Shown: positions 16,434 to 25,921 of the stretch, in pieces | Position numbering within the stretch: the first letter of the stretch is position 1 | Layout: every line of letters begins with the position of its first letter | Source: a virus | Taxonomy: Duplodnaviria > Caudoviricetes | DNA length: 50,257 nt | Virus record (IMG/VR): IMGVR_UViG_3300021090_000030 | Coordinates: 1 to 50,257 of that record | Reading direction: 5' to 3' (one strand) | The notes under the pieces: generated by a model | Seen by the model: the letters and a program-made list of their open reading frames with translations, nothing else | Database searches by the model: none | What the model was told of the DNA's origin: nothing | Program-made: the position numbers and the translations under genes

Positions 16434-17143
16434 ATGCTGACGACCCCCGACTAAAAATTCTAGAGACAACGCCCATTAGCGAGTGGAGCTATCCTCGTAT
16501 ATTGTTGGGTATTCCCTTAGAGAGGGCTATTAGCTACGCCGACAAGGTATTCTGGCCGTTGATGGGCATAGCATCACAAGGGCCCACCTTCGTTAGTGAA
16601 CCTTACGGACGTATTGACCTTGTTAGAAACAAGTTCGCGATACACCTTTTGAACAGTGACTTTACACACCTATTAATGCTCGATATAGATCACATTCATC
16701 CCCACAAAATTATCCAGAATCTTGCTCGATGGGTCTTGCTCGATCCTAACGTACGAGTAGTTAGCGGTCTAAACTTCAGACGTGGGAAGCCGTTCGACCC
16801 TGTTTGTGGTGTTTACAGCAACGGTCACAAGGAGAGGCTGATGATGACTGATTGGGAGGCAGGCCTAATCGAAGTCAAGGAGTGTGGGTCGGCTTCTCTT
16901 TTAGTTCATCGTAGTGTGTTCGAAGAAATGGAGCCGCCATGGTTTTTCAACATATATGACGAGATTTGGGAGAACAGCTGGCCGGGCGAAGATATCGGGT
17001 TTAGCCGTAAGTGTCAAGAAATGGACATCCCAATATATGTGGACACTACAGTATCATCTCCTCATTGCATCGATAGTACTGTGACTGAAGACACTTTTCG
17101 GCGCTATATACAATTACACCCCCAAGAGGTGAAAGATGTATAA
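16430..17143 (+). CDS. GT-A fold glycosyltransferase
   Basis: RN...THLLMLDID (DxD), GSASLLVHRSVFE, GEDIGF. Confidence 0.8.
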   Translation: MNADDPRLKILETTPISEWSYPRILLGIPLERAISYADKVFWPLMGIASQGPTFVSEPYGRIDLVRNKFAIHLLNSDFTHLLMLDIDHIHPHKIIQNLARWVLLDPNVRVVSGLNFRRGKPFDPVCGVYSNGHKERLMMTDWEAGLIEVKECGSASLLVHRSVFEEMEPPWFFNIYDEIWENSWPGEDIGFSRKCQEMDIPIYVDTTVSSPHCIDSTVTEDTFRRYIQLHPQEVKDV

Positions 17144-17768
17144 TCTGTACGACAGATTCAAAGGAGAAACTTGTATTGTGATAGGTAATGGACCCAGTCT
17201 AAAGGACGTTTCCAACGAGTATCTAGTAACACACCATACATTTGGCTCCAATAGAGTGTACCTTAAGTACGTACCTACCTTCTTCGTGTGTGTCAATCCA
17301 TTAGTTATACAACAGAACTGGGTCGACATTGCAAGCATGAATACAGAGAAGTTTGTACGTGAGGGTTCAGAAATTGATGACGCGTACGAGCTCCATCCCA
17401 TATCCTTACCCATGTTCTCTTATAATCCGTACAAATGGCTGTACGAGGGCCACACAGTTACATTTGTGTCGTTACAGTTAGCATTCTTCATGGGATTTCA
17501 TAAAGTAATACTTGTAGGAGTCGACCACAGATACAAGTTTGAAGGTAAGCCCAACGAAGAACGACTTATGGAAGATGACGACCCCAACCACTTTGATCCG
17601 GAGTACTTCAAAGGAATGAAGTGGCACAACCCCGACCTAAGACGTTCGGAAGAGGCCTACATGATGGCCAAGGAGGCATATGAAAGTGATGGTAGAGAGA
17701 TAATCAACATAACACGTGATAGTGCTCTAGAAGTGTTCAAGAAAGAGGAACTAGTATGGGTACCGTAA
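17136..17768 (+). CDS. DUF115/Maf/Cst-like glycosyltransferase (possible nonulosonic-acid transferase)
   Basis: CIVIGNGPSL, LQLAFFMGFHKVILVGVDH, NHFDPEYF. Confidence 0.75.
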   Translation: MYNLYDRFKGETCIVIGNGPSLKDVSNEYLVTHHTFGSNRVYLKYVPTFFVCVNPLVIQQNWVDIASMNTEKFVREGSEIDDAYELHPISLPMFSYNPYKWLYEGHTVTFVSLQLAFFMGFHKVILVGVDHRYKFEGKPNEERLMEDDDPNHFDPEYFKGMKWHNPDLRRSEEAYMMAKEAYESDGREIINITRDSALEVFKKEELVWVP

Positions 17769-18430
17769 CCGCTATTGTTTCTGCCTACTATGCGTATAAG
17801 TTCCTGCCAGGCCGTATAGCGAACCTAAGGGAACAAAATCCCCCGCCTCGGATCATAGTTGTGGCTCAACAAGGGTCACGAGAAGCTGAGATAGCAGAGC
17901 AGTGCAAAGTAGTTACACTACTAACTCCCGACATACCAACTATCTATGCTGCATGGAACATGGCCATACGTTTGACCAAAGAAAGTGAGTACATAGTAGT
18001 GGCTAATACGGACGATCGTTTTCATATAGGAGGACTCAAAGTACTCTCCGACGCCTTGGACAGCAACCCCGATATTGCCCTGTGCTATGCTGACAATGAT
18101 ATTGTACTACAGATAGATGGAGACCCCGTCAATCGACATAACTGGGCCAGTGGAGGCTTTGATGAATTGAAAGAGATGTGTTTTATTGGTCCCATGCCTA
18201 TGTGGAGAGCTTCGTTACATTCAAAGCACGGGTACTTTGATGATTTGATGAAGTCAGCTGGAGACTATGAGTTCTGGCTCCGTATAGCAAGTCGAGGCGA
18301 GAAGTTCATGCATCAGCCACGTTCGATAGGAACGTACTTGTATAGAAAAGACAGTGCAGAACGAAGGGAACCTCTTAGGGGTGTTTGGGAGAGTGCTAGA
18401 GCACGAAGTCGTTACATAACCAGATTATAA
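17756..18430 (+). CDS. Family 2 glycosyltransferase
   Basis: VTAIVSAY, IYAAWN, NTDD, GYFD...AGDYEFWLR. Confidence 0.85.
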   Translation: MGTVTAIVSAYYAYKFLPGRIANLREQNPPPRIIVVAQQGSREAEIAEQCKVVTLLTPDIPTIYAAWNMAIRLTKESEYIVVANTDDRFHIGGLKVLSDALDSNPDIALCYADNDIVLQIDGDPVNRHNWASGGFDELKEMCFIGPMPMWRASLHSKHGYFDDLMKSAGDYEFWLRIASRGEKFMHQPRSIGTYLYRKDSAERREPLRGVWESARARSRYITRL

Positions 18431-18441
18431 AGGAGTATCAA

Positions 18442-19245
18442 ATGTCCGCGAGTGGATCACAATTAGCAGTAGGGGTGAAAAGAGCCGTCATCTATGAGTT
18501 GGATACGGACGGCTTTCCGTTAGCAACTGGAACAACTCCGTACACTGGGATTGAAGTGGTGGGGCCTAAAGCCTTTGCACTTACGGTCCCTGAATCACGG
18601 AAGATTTCACACGTAGGTAACGATCGAGTACTGGCCATCGACTACTTGCCGCCAATCGAAGGTATGTCAGGAGAGTTGAGGGTCGCCTCGAACGACCTGA
18701 ATGCTAAAGCAGCCATTGCCGGCGTAAATGTATTCAATGTGGGTAGTGCAGCAATAATGCCTTGGGGTACAGACAAGCAAGGATTTGAGGTCGACGCTGG
18801 GCTTCTTTTGTTCCAGCAATCCCTCGATACGGTCACGAAGTCACGACGTTGGAAGTACTATCTCATTCCCAAGGCTCGTCTGATACCGTCACCTGCTAGT
18901 ATGGACGAGAATCCTGCTGAAGACAGGTATACCGTTGCACCCAACCCCACAACTAAACATTTATGGGGCACTACTCTTGTTGAAGGTACAGAGGGTGCTC
19001 TAGAGATGGCAGTAGGAGAGGGTATGGGTATTGGCCGTCCTAATATCGTAGCCTTTAAGGGAAACGGTACAGAAGACACTTTCCTATTGCCTGTCGACAA
19101 GCCCTCTTCGAACGTCACCAACATTGTTGTATGGGTTGATGGCGTATTGCAAACAACCGAGTTGGGTATAGTTACCCTAACTTCAATACCGTTTGATGTA
19201 GCCCCTGCTACGGGTGCTATTATAGTGGTGTACTACGAATACTAA
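18442..19245 (+). CDS. Major tail tube protein with C-terminal accessory domain
   Basis: Precedes chaperone and tape measure; AAGGAG SD. Confidence 0.7.
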   Translation: MSASGSQLAVGVKRAVIYELDTDGFPLATGTTPYTGIEVVGPKAFALTVPESRKISHVGNDRVLAIDYLPPIEGMSGELRVASNDLNAKAAIAGVNVFNVGSAAIMPWGTDKQGFEVDAGLLLFQQSLDTVTKSRRWKYYLIPKARLIPSPASMDENPAEDRYTVAPNPTTKHLWGTTLVEGTEGALEMAVGEGMGIGRPNIVAFKGNGTEDTFLLPVDKPSSNVTNIVVWVDGVLQTTELGIVTLTSIPFDVAPATGAIIVVYYEY

Positions 19246-19262
19246 AAGAAAGGCGTGATGCC

Positions 19263-19625
19263 ATGCCGTACGAACTACAAAGTGAAAAAATTGTGATATG
19301 TGGCGAGACGTTGACCGTCTTGCAAGCGTCCAACGCTATGGAGATTGATCGCTCCATGCTAATTTCAGAAGCAGATAAGAAGTGGCCTGAAAACGCGGTG
19401 GATACAAAAGATAAATACAATCAGTACGTCGAGACTCTTTTGTATCCATCGCTAGTCGCTTGTACGGTGGGACCTGTACCTACTGTACAGGAGTTTATGT
19501 ATAGCATACCCACTGCTGACTCAGATAAATGGGTCGAGACGGCGATGCGAATAAACCCACTTTGGTTTACCTTCATTTCGGATACTGACGAAAAGGAGAC
19601 TGAACGGGAGGAAAAAAAAGACTAG
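19263..19625 (+). CDS. Tail assembly chaperone (G)
   Basis: Between tube and tape measure; ends at A8 slippery run. Confidence 0.75.
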   Translation: MPYELQSEKIVICGETLTVLQASNAMEIDRSMLISEADKKWPENAVDTKDKYNQYVETLLYPSLVACTVGPVPTVQEFMYSIPTADSDKWVETAMRINPLWFTFISDTDEKETEREEKKD

Positions 19626-19894
19626 CCGCAAACGAGATATTCTCTCGTCTTGCGGGCTTAGTCGACAAGAGTGAGAACGACGACAGTCTCCCAGAGACAG
19701 TAGATACGCCTCTAGAGATTTTAGAGAAGTATTATGATTTATGGCTTTGGTGGCGTGCAACGGATAGGAAGTTCCTCCCGTCTCAAATTTTGGAGCAAGC
19801 TTCAGAGCCATTTACGGTTATGTTAGAACTAGACAGTTATTATGAACGTATTATAGCACAAAAAAGGAGCACAGACAGTGGCGAAACAAGCTAA
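19613..19894 (+). CDS. -1 frameshift extension of tail chaperone (GT)
   Basis: A AAA AAA at 19613-19619; -1 frame open for ~91 codons (RLAANEIF...FLPSQILEQ...GETS) to TAA 19892-19894. Confidence 0.8.
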   Translation, partial: KKRLAANEIFSRLAGLVDKSENDDSLPETVDTPLEILEKYYDLWLWWRATDRKFLPSQILEQASEPFTVMLELDSYYERIIAQKRSTDSGETS

Positions 19895-22562
19895 AGTCAA
19901 GGTAGCAATTGTTCTCGATGAAGTCGAAGCTCAGAAAGTATTGGCGAGCCTTGAAGCTGTCGCTGCTGCTACTAAGAAGGTAGAGGGAGAGGGTGCTGAA
20001 AAACAAACTACTGAACAGAACAAAGTAACAGAAGCAGCCAGAAAGACTGTTGGTCAGTATGATGCTCAAATCGACCGACTGAAGAAAGCCGTTGCTGCTG
20101 CTAAAGAACTAATGGCTGTAGAACAGGTCAGGGAGGCTAGACTTGGTGCACCCGGTAGTGTTCCTCTAACAAGCCCGGTTCTCGAAAAGATACGACAAGA
20201 GAATTTGGGGACTATCGGTGCAGACCCCGAAAAGATAAAAATTGCGGCTGCGGCTATTGCAGAGCAGGCAAAGGGTCAGTACAACGTTTCGGCTGCCATT
20301 AAAGACTCCATAGTCCAGTATGAATTCGAAGATGAGGCTCTAAACAAGCTACTCCGTAAAGCCCGTGAATTGGGGAAAGACGAACAGTTCTATGCAATCT
20401 TACATAAAAAAGGGTACGTAGAGGGAAGTGTAGCAATTCAAAAGATGTTGGGCTTGAAGGCTAAAGACATAGGGATGACCAAAGAGCAAATCAAGGAGAT
20501 CCAACGTCACGCAACCATTCTAAGACACGAAAGTATTGCACTACGTAGGTCGGCTGCAGACTTACATTTGTTTGCTCAGAGTGCGTTTATTGCAGGTTCA
20601 GCCACAATAGGTGGAATACTACTACTTGCCAAACAGTATTCTGACCAAATGGGGGACACTACGAAAGTCTCCAGAGAGTTCCTTGCTGCACAGGAGCAAC
20701 TGAAAGCTGCTAAGAATAGGATAGGGGAAGTCTTCGCTCGGGAGAGCGTTCCATTTATCAGAGAAGCAACGAAGATTCTAGACAGGGCGGGTAAGTTCAT
20801 ACAAGAACATCCTGAGATAGTATCGGCAGCCCTTAAGGGTGGTGAGATACTTATTGCTGTCGGGCTTTTAGGTAAGGCCGTTGCTACAGGAACAAGACTT
20901 ACTGCTGATGCCTTAGCCATCCATTCGTCCATTCTAAGAATCATAGCTACCAGAGCTGAAGAAGAAGTGGCAGCAGCCAAACAACTAGCAGCAGCGGAAC
21001 TAATGAATGCAGCTGCCGACAAACAATTAACGGCTGCCGAAGGTATGGTTGTTAGTCCCGCTCCGGCAGCGTCTAAACTAGCGACAGCATTAAATACACC
21101 CACTGCAATTGTTGGCTTGATAGTAGCAATCGGTCTCGTTAGCTACAAGACTGCACAGCAATTGGAGAAGTTAGAGGACATCTTCAAGGCGCTTGAGAAG
21201 AGGGGTGGACGTTTCGCAGCTGTTTGGGCCCCTCTATACAAGATAATAGAGTCAGGTACACTGGCTGTCAATCCGCTAGCTATTTCTATCAAAAACTTCA
21301 AGGATAACCTCGACAGAGATATTCCCCTCATTACAAAGTTGTTCAACGACTTTACAGGTACTACCAAAGATGCCGCAGCGAATGTTACACCCTCTGTAAT
21401 ATTCTCTGAACAGTTTAGTGCAGTACTCAAGGCCTACGAAGACTACACAGCTGATGACTTGAAGTTAGTCAAAGATCACTATGCTGAACGTGAAGACATT
21501 GTACGAAAGGGTCTTGACGCTGAAAAGAAAGAAAACGAACAAAATCTCAAGCGTCTAGAAGACATACGTGCACAAGCTAATAAAGCCACAGCAACACTCA
21601 GAAGAAACTTTGCTCGCCAAGAAGCGGACGACGAACGTGATTACGCACGCGACAGAGCCAAGATACTCAAAGATGCTGGTGAAGATGCCCTACAAGCTGA
21701 GGCCGACCTACAGGAAAAGCTCCGTAAGCTACGACTAGAGTATGAGGAGAGAGAAGTCGACCTTCTGGCTGCACGTGATGCTGTTGGATTGGTCAAGAAT
21801 CGACTGAAATACATTCAAGACCGTGCCGAGGCAATAAGAGAAGCCAATCTCGAGATTGCTAAGAAGCGCAAGGACATTGCTGATCGGTTACGTATTCTAG
21901 ACGAAGAATTTGACATACAGAGACAACGTAGACAAGAGGACTTTGAAACTCGTCTGGAAGAGATTCAACGGGAAGCACGAGAGAAGCTCATTGAACAGCA
22001 AAAGGCGCACACAGAAGAGATTGCGGCTATTAGGAAGAACACCGCAGAAAAACTCAGAGACGAACTTGTACAGTTCAATGAAGAACGTAAGAGAAGGTAT
22101 CAGGACTTCCTACAGAGAATACGAGACCTTGATGCGGGTTTGCTAGGCGAGAAGGCACTACGTAAGAAACGACAAGACGAGATGATAGCCGATCTCGATG
22201 CGTTCTTGGCGGCCTATCGAGCTAAGCACAAGACACTACTTACCACAATTTCTGCCACTGCAGGAGTAGGCACTCGAGCCACTGGTGGATATGCTACTTT
22301 CGGTACTTATCTCTTAGGCGACAAACCTACAGGCGGAAGGGGTGATGCTGAGTTTGTTTTGAGGGGACGTACTACCAGAGCAGCTGAGACTATTATAGGT
22401 GGACGTCTGACTCAAGAAGGAATACTAAGAGCTATGTTAGCTGGTGGGCAGAAAAACGTTACATTGAACGACCATCGTAGATTCGACAGTAGACTGTCTG
22501 TGGAAGACCGACGAGCAATCTTACAGGACACTAAACAAATGCTTAGTGAGTTGGTGAGCTAA
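19878..22562 (+). CDS. Tape measure protein
   Basis: 894 aa Ala-rich helical, hydrophobic segments, long E/R/K coiled coil, ATGG motif. Confidence 0.85.
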   Translation: MAKQAKVKVAIVLDEVEAQKVLASLEAVAAATKKVEGEGAEKQTTEQNKVTEAARKTVGQYDAQIDRLKKAVAAAKELMAVEQVREARLGAPGSVPLTSPVLEKIRQENLGTIGADPEKIKIAAAAIAEQAKGQYNVSAAIKDSIVQYEFEDEALNKLLRKARELGKDEQFYAILHKKGYVEGSVAIQKMLGLKAKDIGMTKEQIKEIQRHATILRHESIALRRSAADLHLFAQSAFIAGSATIGGILLLAKQYSDQMGDTTKVSREFLAAQEQLKAAKNRIGEVFARESVPFIREATKILDRAGKFIQEHPEIVSAALKGGEILIAVGLLGKAVATGTRLTADALAIHSSILRIIATRAEEEVAAAKQLAAAELMNAAADKQLTAAEGMVVSPAPAASKLATALNTPTAIVGLIVAIGLVSYKTAQQLEKLEDIFKALEKRGGRFAAVWAPLYKIIESGTLAVNPLAISIKNFKDNLDRDIPLITKLFNDFTGTTKDAAANVTPSVIFSEQFSAVLKAYEDYTADDLKLVKDHYAEREDIVRKGLDAEKKENEQNLKRLEDIRAQANKATATLRRNFARQEADDERDYARDRAKILKDAGEDALQAEADLQEKLRKLRLEYEEREVDLLAARDAVGLVKNRLKYIQDRAEAIREANLEIAKKRKDIADRLRILDEEFDIQRQRRQEDFETRLEEIQREAREKLIEQQKAHTEEIAAIRKNTAEKLRDELVQFNEERKRRYQDFLQRIRDLDAGLLGEKALRKKRQDEMIADLDAFLAAYRAKHKTLLTTISATAGVGTRATGGYATFGTYLLGDKPTGGRGDAEFVLRGRTTRAAETIIGGRLTQEGILRAMLAGGQKNVTLNDHRRFDSRLSVEDRRAILQDTKQMLSELVS

Positions 22563-22933
22563 TGGCCGCACACGAATATAAAATAGGTACATCGAGTGGT
22601 AGTATGACCTTACTATCTAGTTTAGGCATACCTGCACCCCATCAAAACTTTATACCTTACTCTACAGAGGTTACATTGGGTAATGGAAGGATTCAAGGAC
22701 ATGGTTGGCCGGAAGATGAATGGTACTGGGGTTTCCTTACAGGTTCCCAACGGGCTACCTTACGAACCTATATCTCAGGTAGAGGCTCCCACGTCTTCGT
22801 TCGAGATCTTATGGACGACGGTCTTACTTGGGAGGACTTTGAGTGTGAGGCTACTTGGATGAAACAAGAAGATAGACAGGCAGGCCGCCGTATCGGATTC
22901 ACTCTAAAATTGGCGGCAATGGAAGTAGTGTGA
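22562..22933 (+). CDS. Distal tail protein (putative)
   Basis: Small ORF directly after tape measure. Confidence 0.55.
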   Translation: MAAHEYKIGTSSGSMTLLSSLGIPAPHQNFIPYSTEVTLGNGRIQGHGWPEDEWYWGFLTGSQRATLRTYISGRGSHVFVRDLMDDGLTWEDFECEATWMKQEDRQAGRRIGFTLKLAAMEVV

Positions 22934-25920
22934 CTTACGCACCCGTACGTCCCGCAACCTCTCCCGAACTCACTTACCTACGAACGATGGGTCAGTGGAG
23001 TAAGTTATTCCTTGCAATTTTCAATCCCAACGTAATATACACAGCAGTAGCTGTTCATCCAGGTGTGGCGGACAGAATAGTTCAAATCGGTTTTACGGGC
23101 GGATCGGGTACTCTTGCTAACGTCAAAAAAGACATGACAATGTATGCTGGATCAACACCGGGTGCCTATGACCTGGGTGTTGTTCGGATCCGCAAAGCCC
23201 CCATAGCTGGAACATTCTATATCGGCGAAGAGAGTGACGTCAATTGGCAGACAACTACTTACCTTACCGTCGTAGACGATTTTGATATATGGGCTAGACA
23301 TATACAGACGATAAGCGATACAGAGTTCCGTATGGACTACGATGTCACATTTAGTGACCAGAATACTAACTTCGACCCTGTACCAATTATGGGAGGTCAT
23401 CGGGTTGTAAAACTGACGGGTGTGAGTGTTACGTTAGCGTTTGACTTCAGCAACAGTTACGTTATTGATTCGACTATTACTGGCTACTCTCTAACTTCTC
23501 CAGATGCATCAGCGTGGACAGGCGTAACCACTGCAACTCCCACTCTTACATTTAATACAACAGGCTGGCATGCCTTCTACCTTCAAGTTACCGCAGCAAA
23601 CGGCAAAATATATGAGGGAGTACGTTACGTTTTCGTTTATAGCGATGCTGATATGCCCGCCACAGTATTTCAGTTGGGTGATTGCTCTATAGACTACGAT
23701 ACAGGCGGCTGGTCATTTAGTGTTACTATGCAAGACGAAATCTCACTCGCTAATGTCCCCGAAAGAGCCCTGTGCATCCTGTTCGCAGAAGACCATTACG
23801 GAGCTACTAAGACATCTATTGGACAGTTAGCTGGTTGTGAAAATATTCTAGCTGTTGGCAAGATAGCTGAAGAGTCTATTACACTCAATCCTGAACAGAG
23901 TGAGATAACACTACGTATCCAAAGTTACCACTACTGGTTGAACAAGGTATACGGGTTTCCGACAGGTGTAATTCAGGTTACTGGAACACCCACGAATTGG
24001 GCTGAGATGCAATCACCTACAGTCGACAAAGTGGTACATCGCCTACTTCATTGGGGGTGTACCGCAACCACTATAATGGATGTGTATCTAACGAACGACG
24101 TTCGTTATGCTTCTGAATTGATAAGCCCCACATCGAGTCTATGGACACAACTACAGGAGTTGGCGTTTGCTTCTATCCAAGCACGTCCTGGAGTAGACAG
24201 ATTCGGAAGACTATTTGTAGAGGTAGAACCGCAACTAGTTCCTGTTGCATCCCGTACTTGGGCTTCAGTTATGACTCTTACAGACGTTGATTGGCATGGT
24301 TCTATAAACATGCAAAGGGTCGTAGTTACACCTGTAGGATTGGTTAATATGTCTGGTGTAGTAGTTACCTCTGTAGGCACAGGCAGTGCTTTATTCTCAC
24401 TAACTCCTGGGCACGTATTCAAACACTATGGAGGTACAGAAGTCCTAGATAGGATGCTTTTGTCTACACAGGCTCTAAGCAATCAACTAGCAGGACTGGT
24501 ACTCGGATGGAGAAACAATCCATTCCCTAATAACGAAGCTCCGTTGTTGAACAATCGGATGGTCGACTGCTTCCCCCGTCAAGCAGTTACGTGGGCTGTA
24601 TCTGCAGAAGACAATCCACGTGGGTTCTCGTTCAATGCAAGGTTCATACCTCGTAGGGTGGAATTACGTTGGGATCCTACAACAGGCTTCCTGCAGACCT
24701 TCGTATCTCTCGAGATGGAAGGTGTTGAGAACGTCTCAGCTGATGGAGATATTCCAGGAGCCGGATCGGGAGATTTGTCTATTCCTCCTGCTCCTCCACC
24801 GTATCCCCCCATTCCGTCTTTTCCGATCGTTCTTCCAGGAGATATTGCTGAACAGAGTGTAGTTAGTAAGATCTTGTTGCATGATACTACATATGGGTTA
24901 CTATATACTACAAGTTTTGATACTTCTAATCCGCAGTGGATTACTGTGAATTCAGGCTTGACCACTGTACAGTATCAGAAAATCAATGCAATTTCTATAA
25001 CACCTTCTGGTCAGATTTACGTAGCGTTTCGTGAGGCAGATTATCCTGGACATTTGAGGCCTGACATTTTTATCGCTTACGCTCCTTACATAGGAGGTAC
25101 ATTTACCATTTTAGAGGACCTGACATCCTTAAAAGTCAAATTCCCCACGCCAACATACAGTGAATGGGCAGTGCGAGCCTTGGCTGTCAATAGTTTGAAC
25201 GGACAAGCGGCCTATCTTATAGTGGGAAAAGGTGGAGGTAGTACTGCAAAGCTTTATGTTGGCAGTGGAGCAACCTGGACGTCAGGACTTGAAATAAGTA
25301 CCTACTCGGCAATTAATTATGTAGCCTCCCTCTCTTATGGCTTTGGCGCTTGGCTTCTGACCGGACCTGGTGCTGCCTTTGTCCGTGCGAGACAATGGAC
25401 AATCAACCCGGTAGGGACGTCCGTTATCTCATCCTCAGACTTACTTCTGTCTGGAATGTTCCAACATTTCCGAGCAGGTACTACGGACAAAGTTTTTCAC
25501 AATGTGGATGGCAGTGCGGGTGTATGGTATTCGTCTACCGGGAATGGAGCAACGTATTCTTCTGTTTATTCTGCCGCACTAGATACAGATTACAATACTA
25601 TCGGACCTCTTGGAGCGAATCCTCATGTAGAAAATTATCAAGACTGTGACCCCACAGGTACATACCTTATGTTAGATGCGTTTACCACTGCACACAAAGG
25701 GAAATCTAGTGACGGAGGTGCAACTATTGTTGCGTTAGCAAGTCTACCACCCGGAAACTGGCACTTTAGGTATGCTGGATCGATACAACGGTGGGTAGCA
25801 GCTGGAGGAACTTCGGTGAGACTCACACAAGACTTTGGCACTATTTGGCTCAATCGAGAAGGGAACTACACCGCAGATTTTCCTTCTGGCAGCATAGACA
25901 TGGTAAGATTTGTAGGATAA
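22930..25920 (+). CDS. Tail tip/hub protein with Pro-rich linker and C-terminal beta-propeller-like region
   Basis: 996 aa; IPPAPPPYPPIP linker; Asp-box-like SSDGGAT and TQDFGTIW. Confidence 0.65.
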   Translation: MTYAPVRPATSPELTYLRTMGQWSKLFLAIFNPNVIYTAVAVHPGVADRIVQIGFTGGSGTLANVKKDMTMYAGSTPGAYDLGVVRIRKAPIAGTFYIGEESDVNWQTTTYLTVVDDFDIWARHIQTISDTEFRMDYDVTFSDQNTNFDPVPIMGGHRVVKLTGVSVTLAFDFSNSYVIDSTITGYSLTSPDASAWTGVTTATPTLTFNTTGWHAFYLQVTAANGKIYEGVRYVFVYSDADMPATVFQLGDCSIDYDTGGWSFSVTMQDEISLANVPERALCILFAEDHYGATKTSIGQLAGCENILAVGKIAEESITLNPEQSEITLRIQSYHYWLNKVYGFPTGVIQVTGTPTNWAEMQSPTVDKVVHRLLHWGCTATTIMDVYLTNDVRYASELISPTSSLWTQLQELAFASIQARPGVDRFGRLFVEVEPQLVPVASRTWASVMTLTDVDWHGSINMQRVVVTPVGLVNMSGVVVTSVGTGSALFSLTPGHVFKHYGGTEVLDRMLLSTQALSNQLAGLVLGWRNNPFPNNEAPLLNNRMVDCFPRQAVTWAVSAEDNPRGFSFNARFIPRRVELRWDPTTGFLQTFVSLEMEGVENVSADGDIPGAGSGDLSIPPAPPPYPPIPSFPIVLPGDIAEQSVVSKILLHDTTYGLLYTTSFDTSNPQWITVNSGLTTVQYQKINAISITPSGQIYVAFREADYPGHLRPDIFIAYAPYIGGTFTILEDLTSLKVKFPTPTYSEWAVRALAVNSLNGQAAYLIVGKGGGSTAKLYVGSGATWTSGLEISTYSAINYVASLSYGFGAWLLTGPGAAFVRARQWTINPVGTSVISSSDLLLSGMFQHFRAGTTDKVFHNVDGSAGVWYSSTGNGATYSSVYSAALDTDYNTIGPLGANPHVENYQDCDPTGTYLMLDAFTTAHKGKSSDGGATIVALASLPPGNWHFRYAGSIQRWVAAGGTSVRLTQDFGTIWLNREGNYTADFPSGSIDMVRFVG

Positions 25921-25921
25921 T

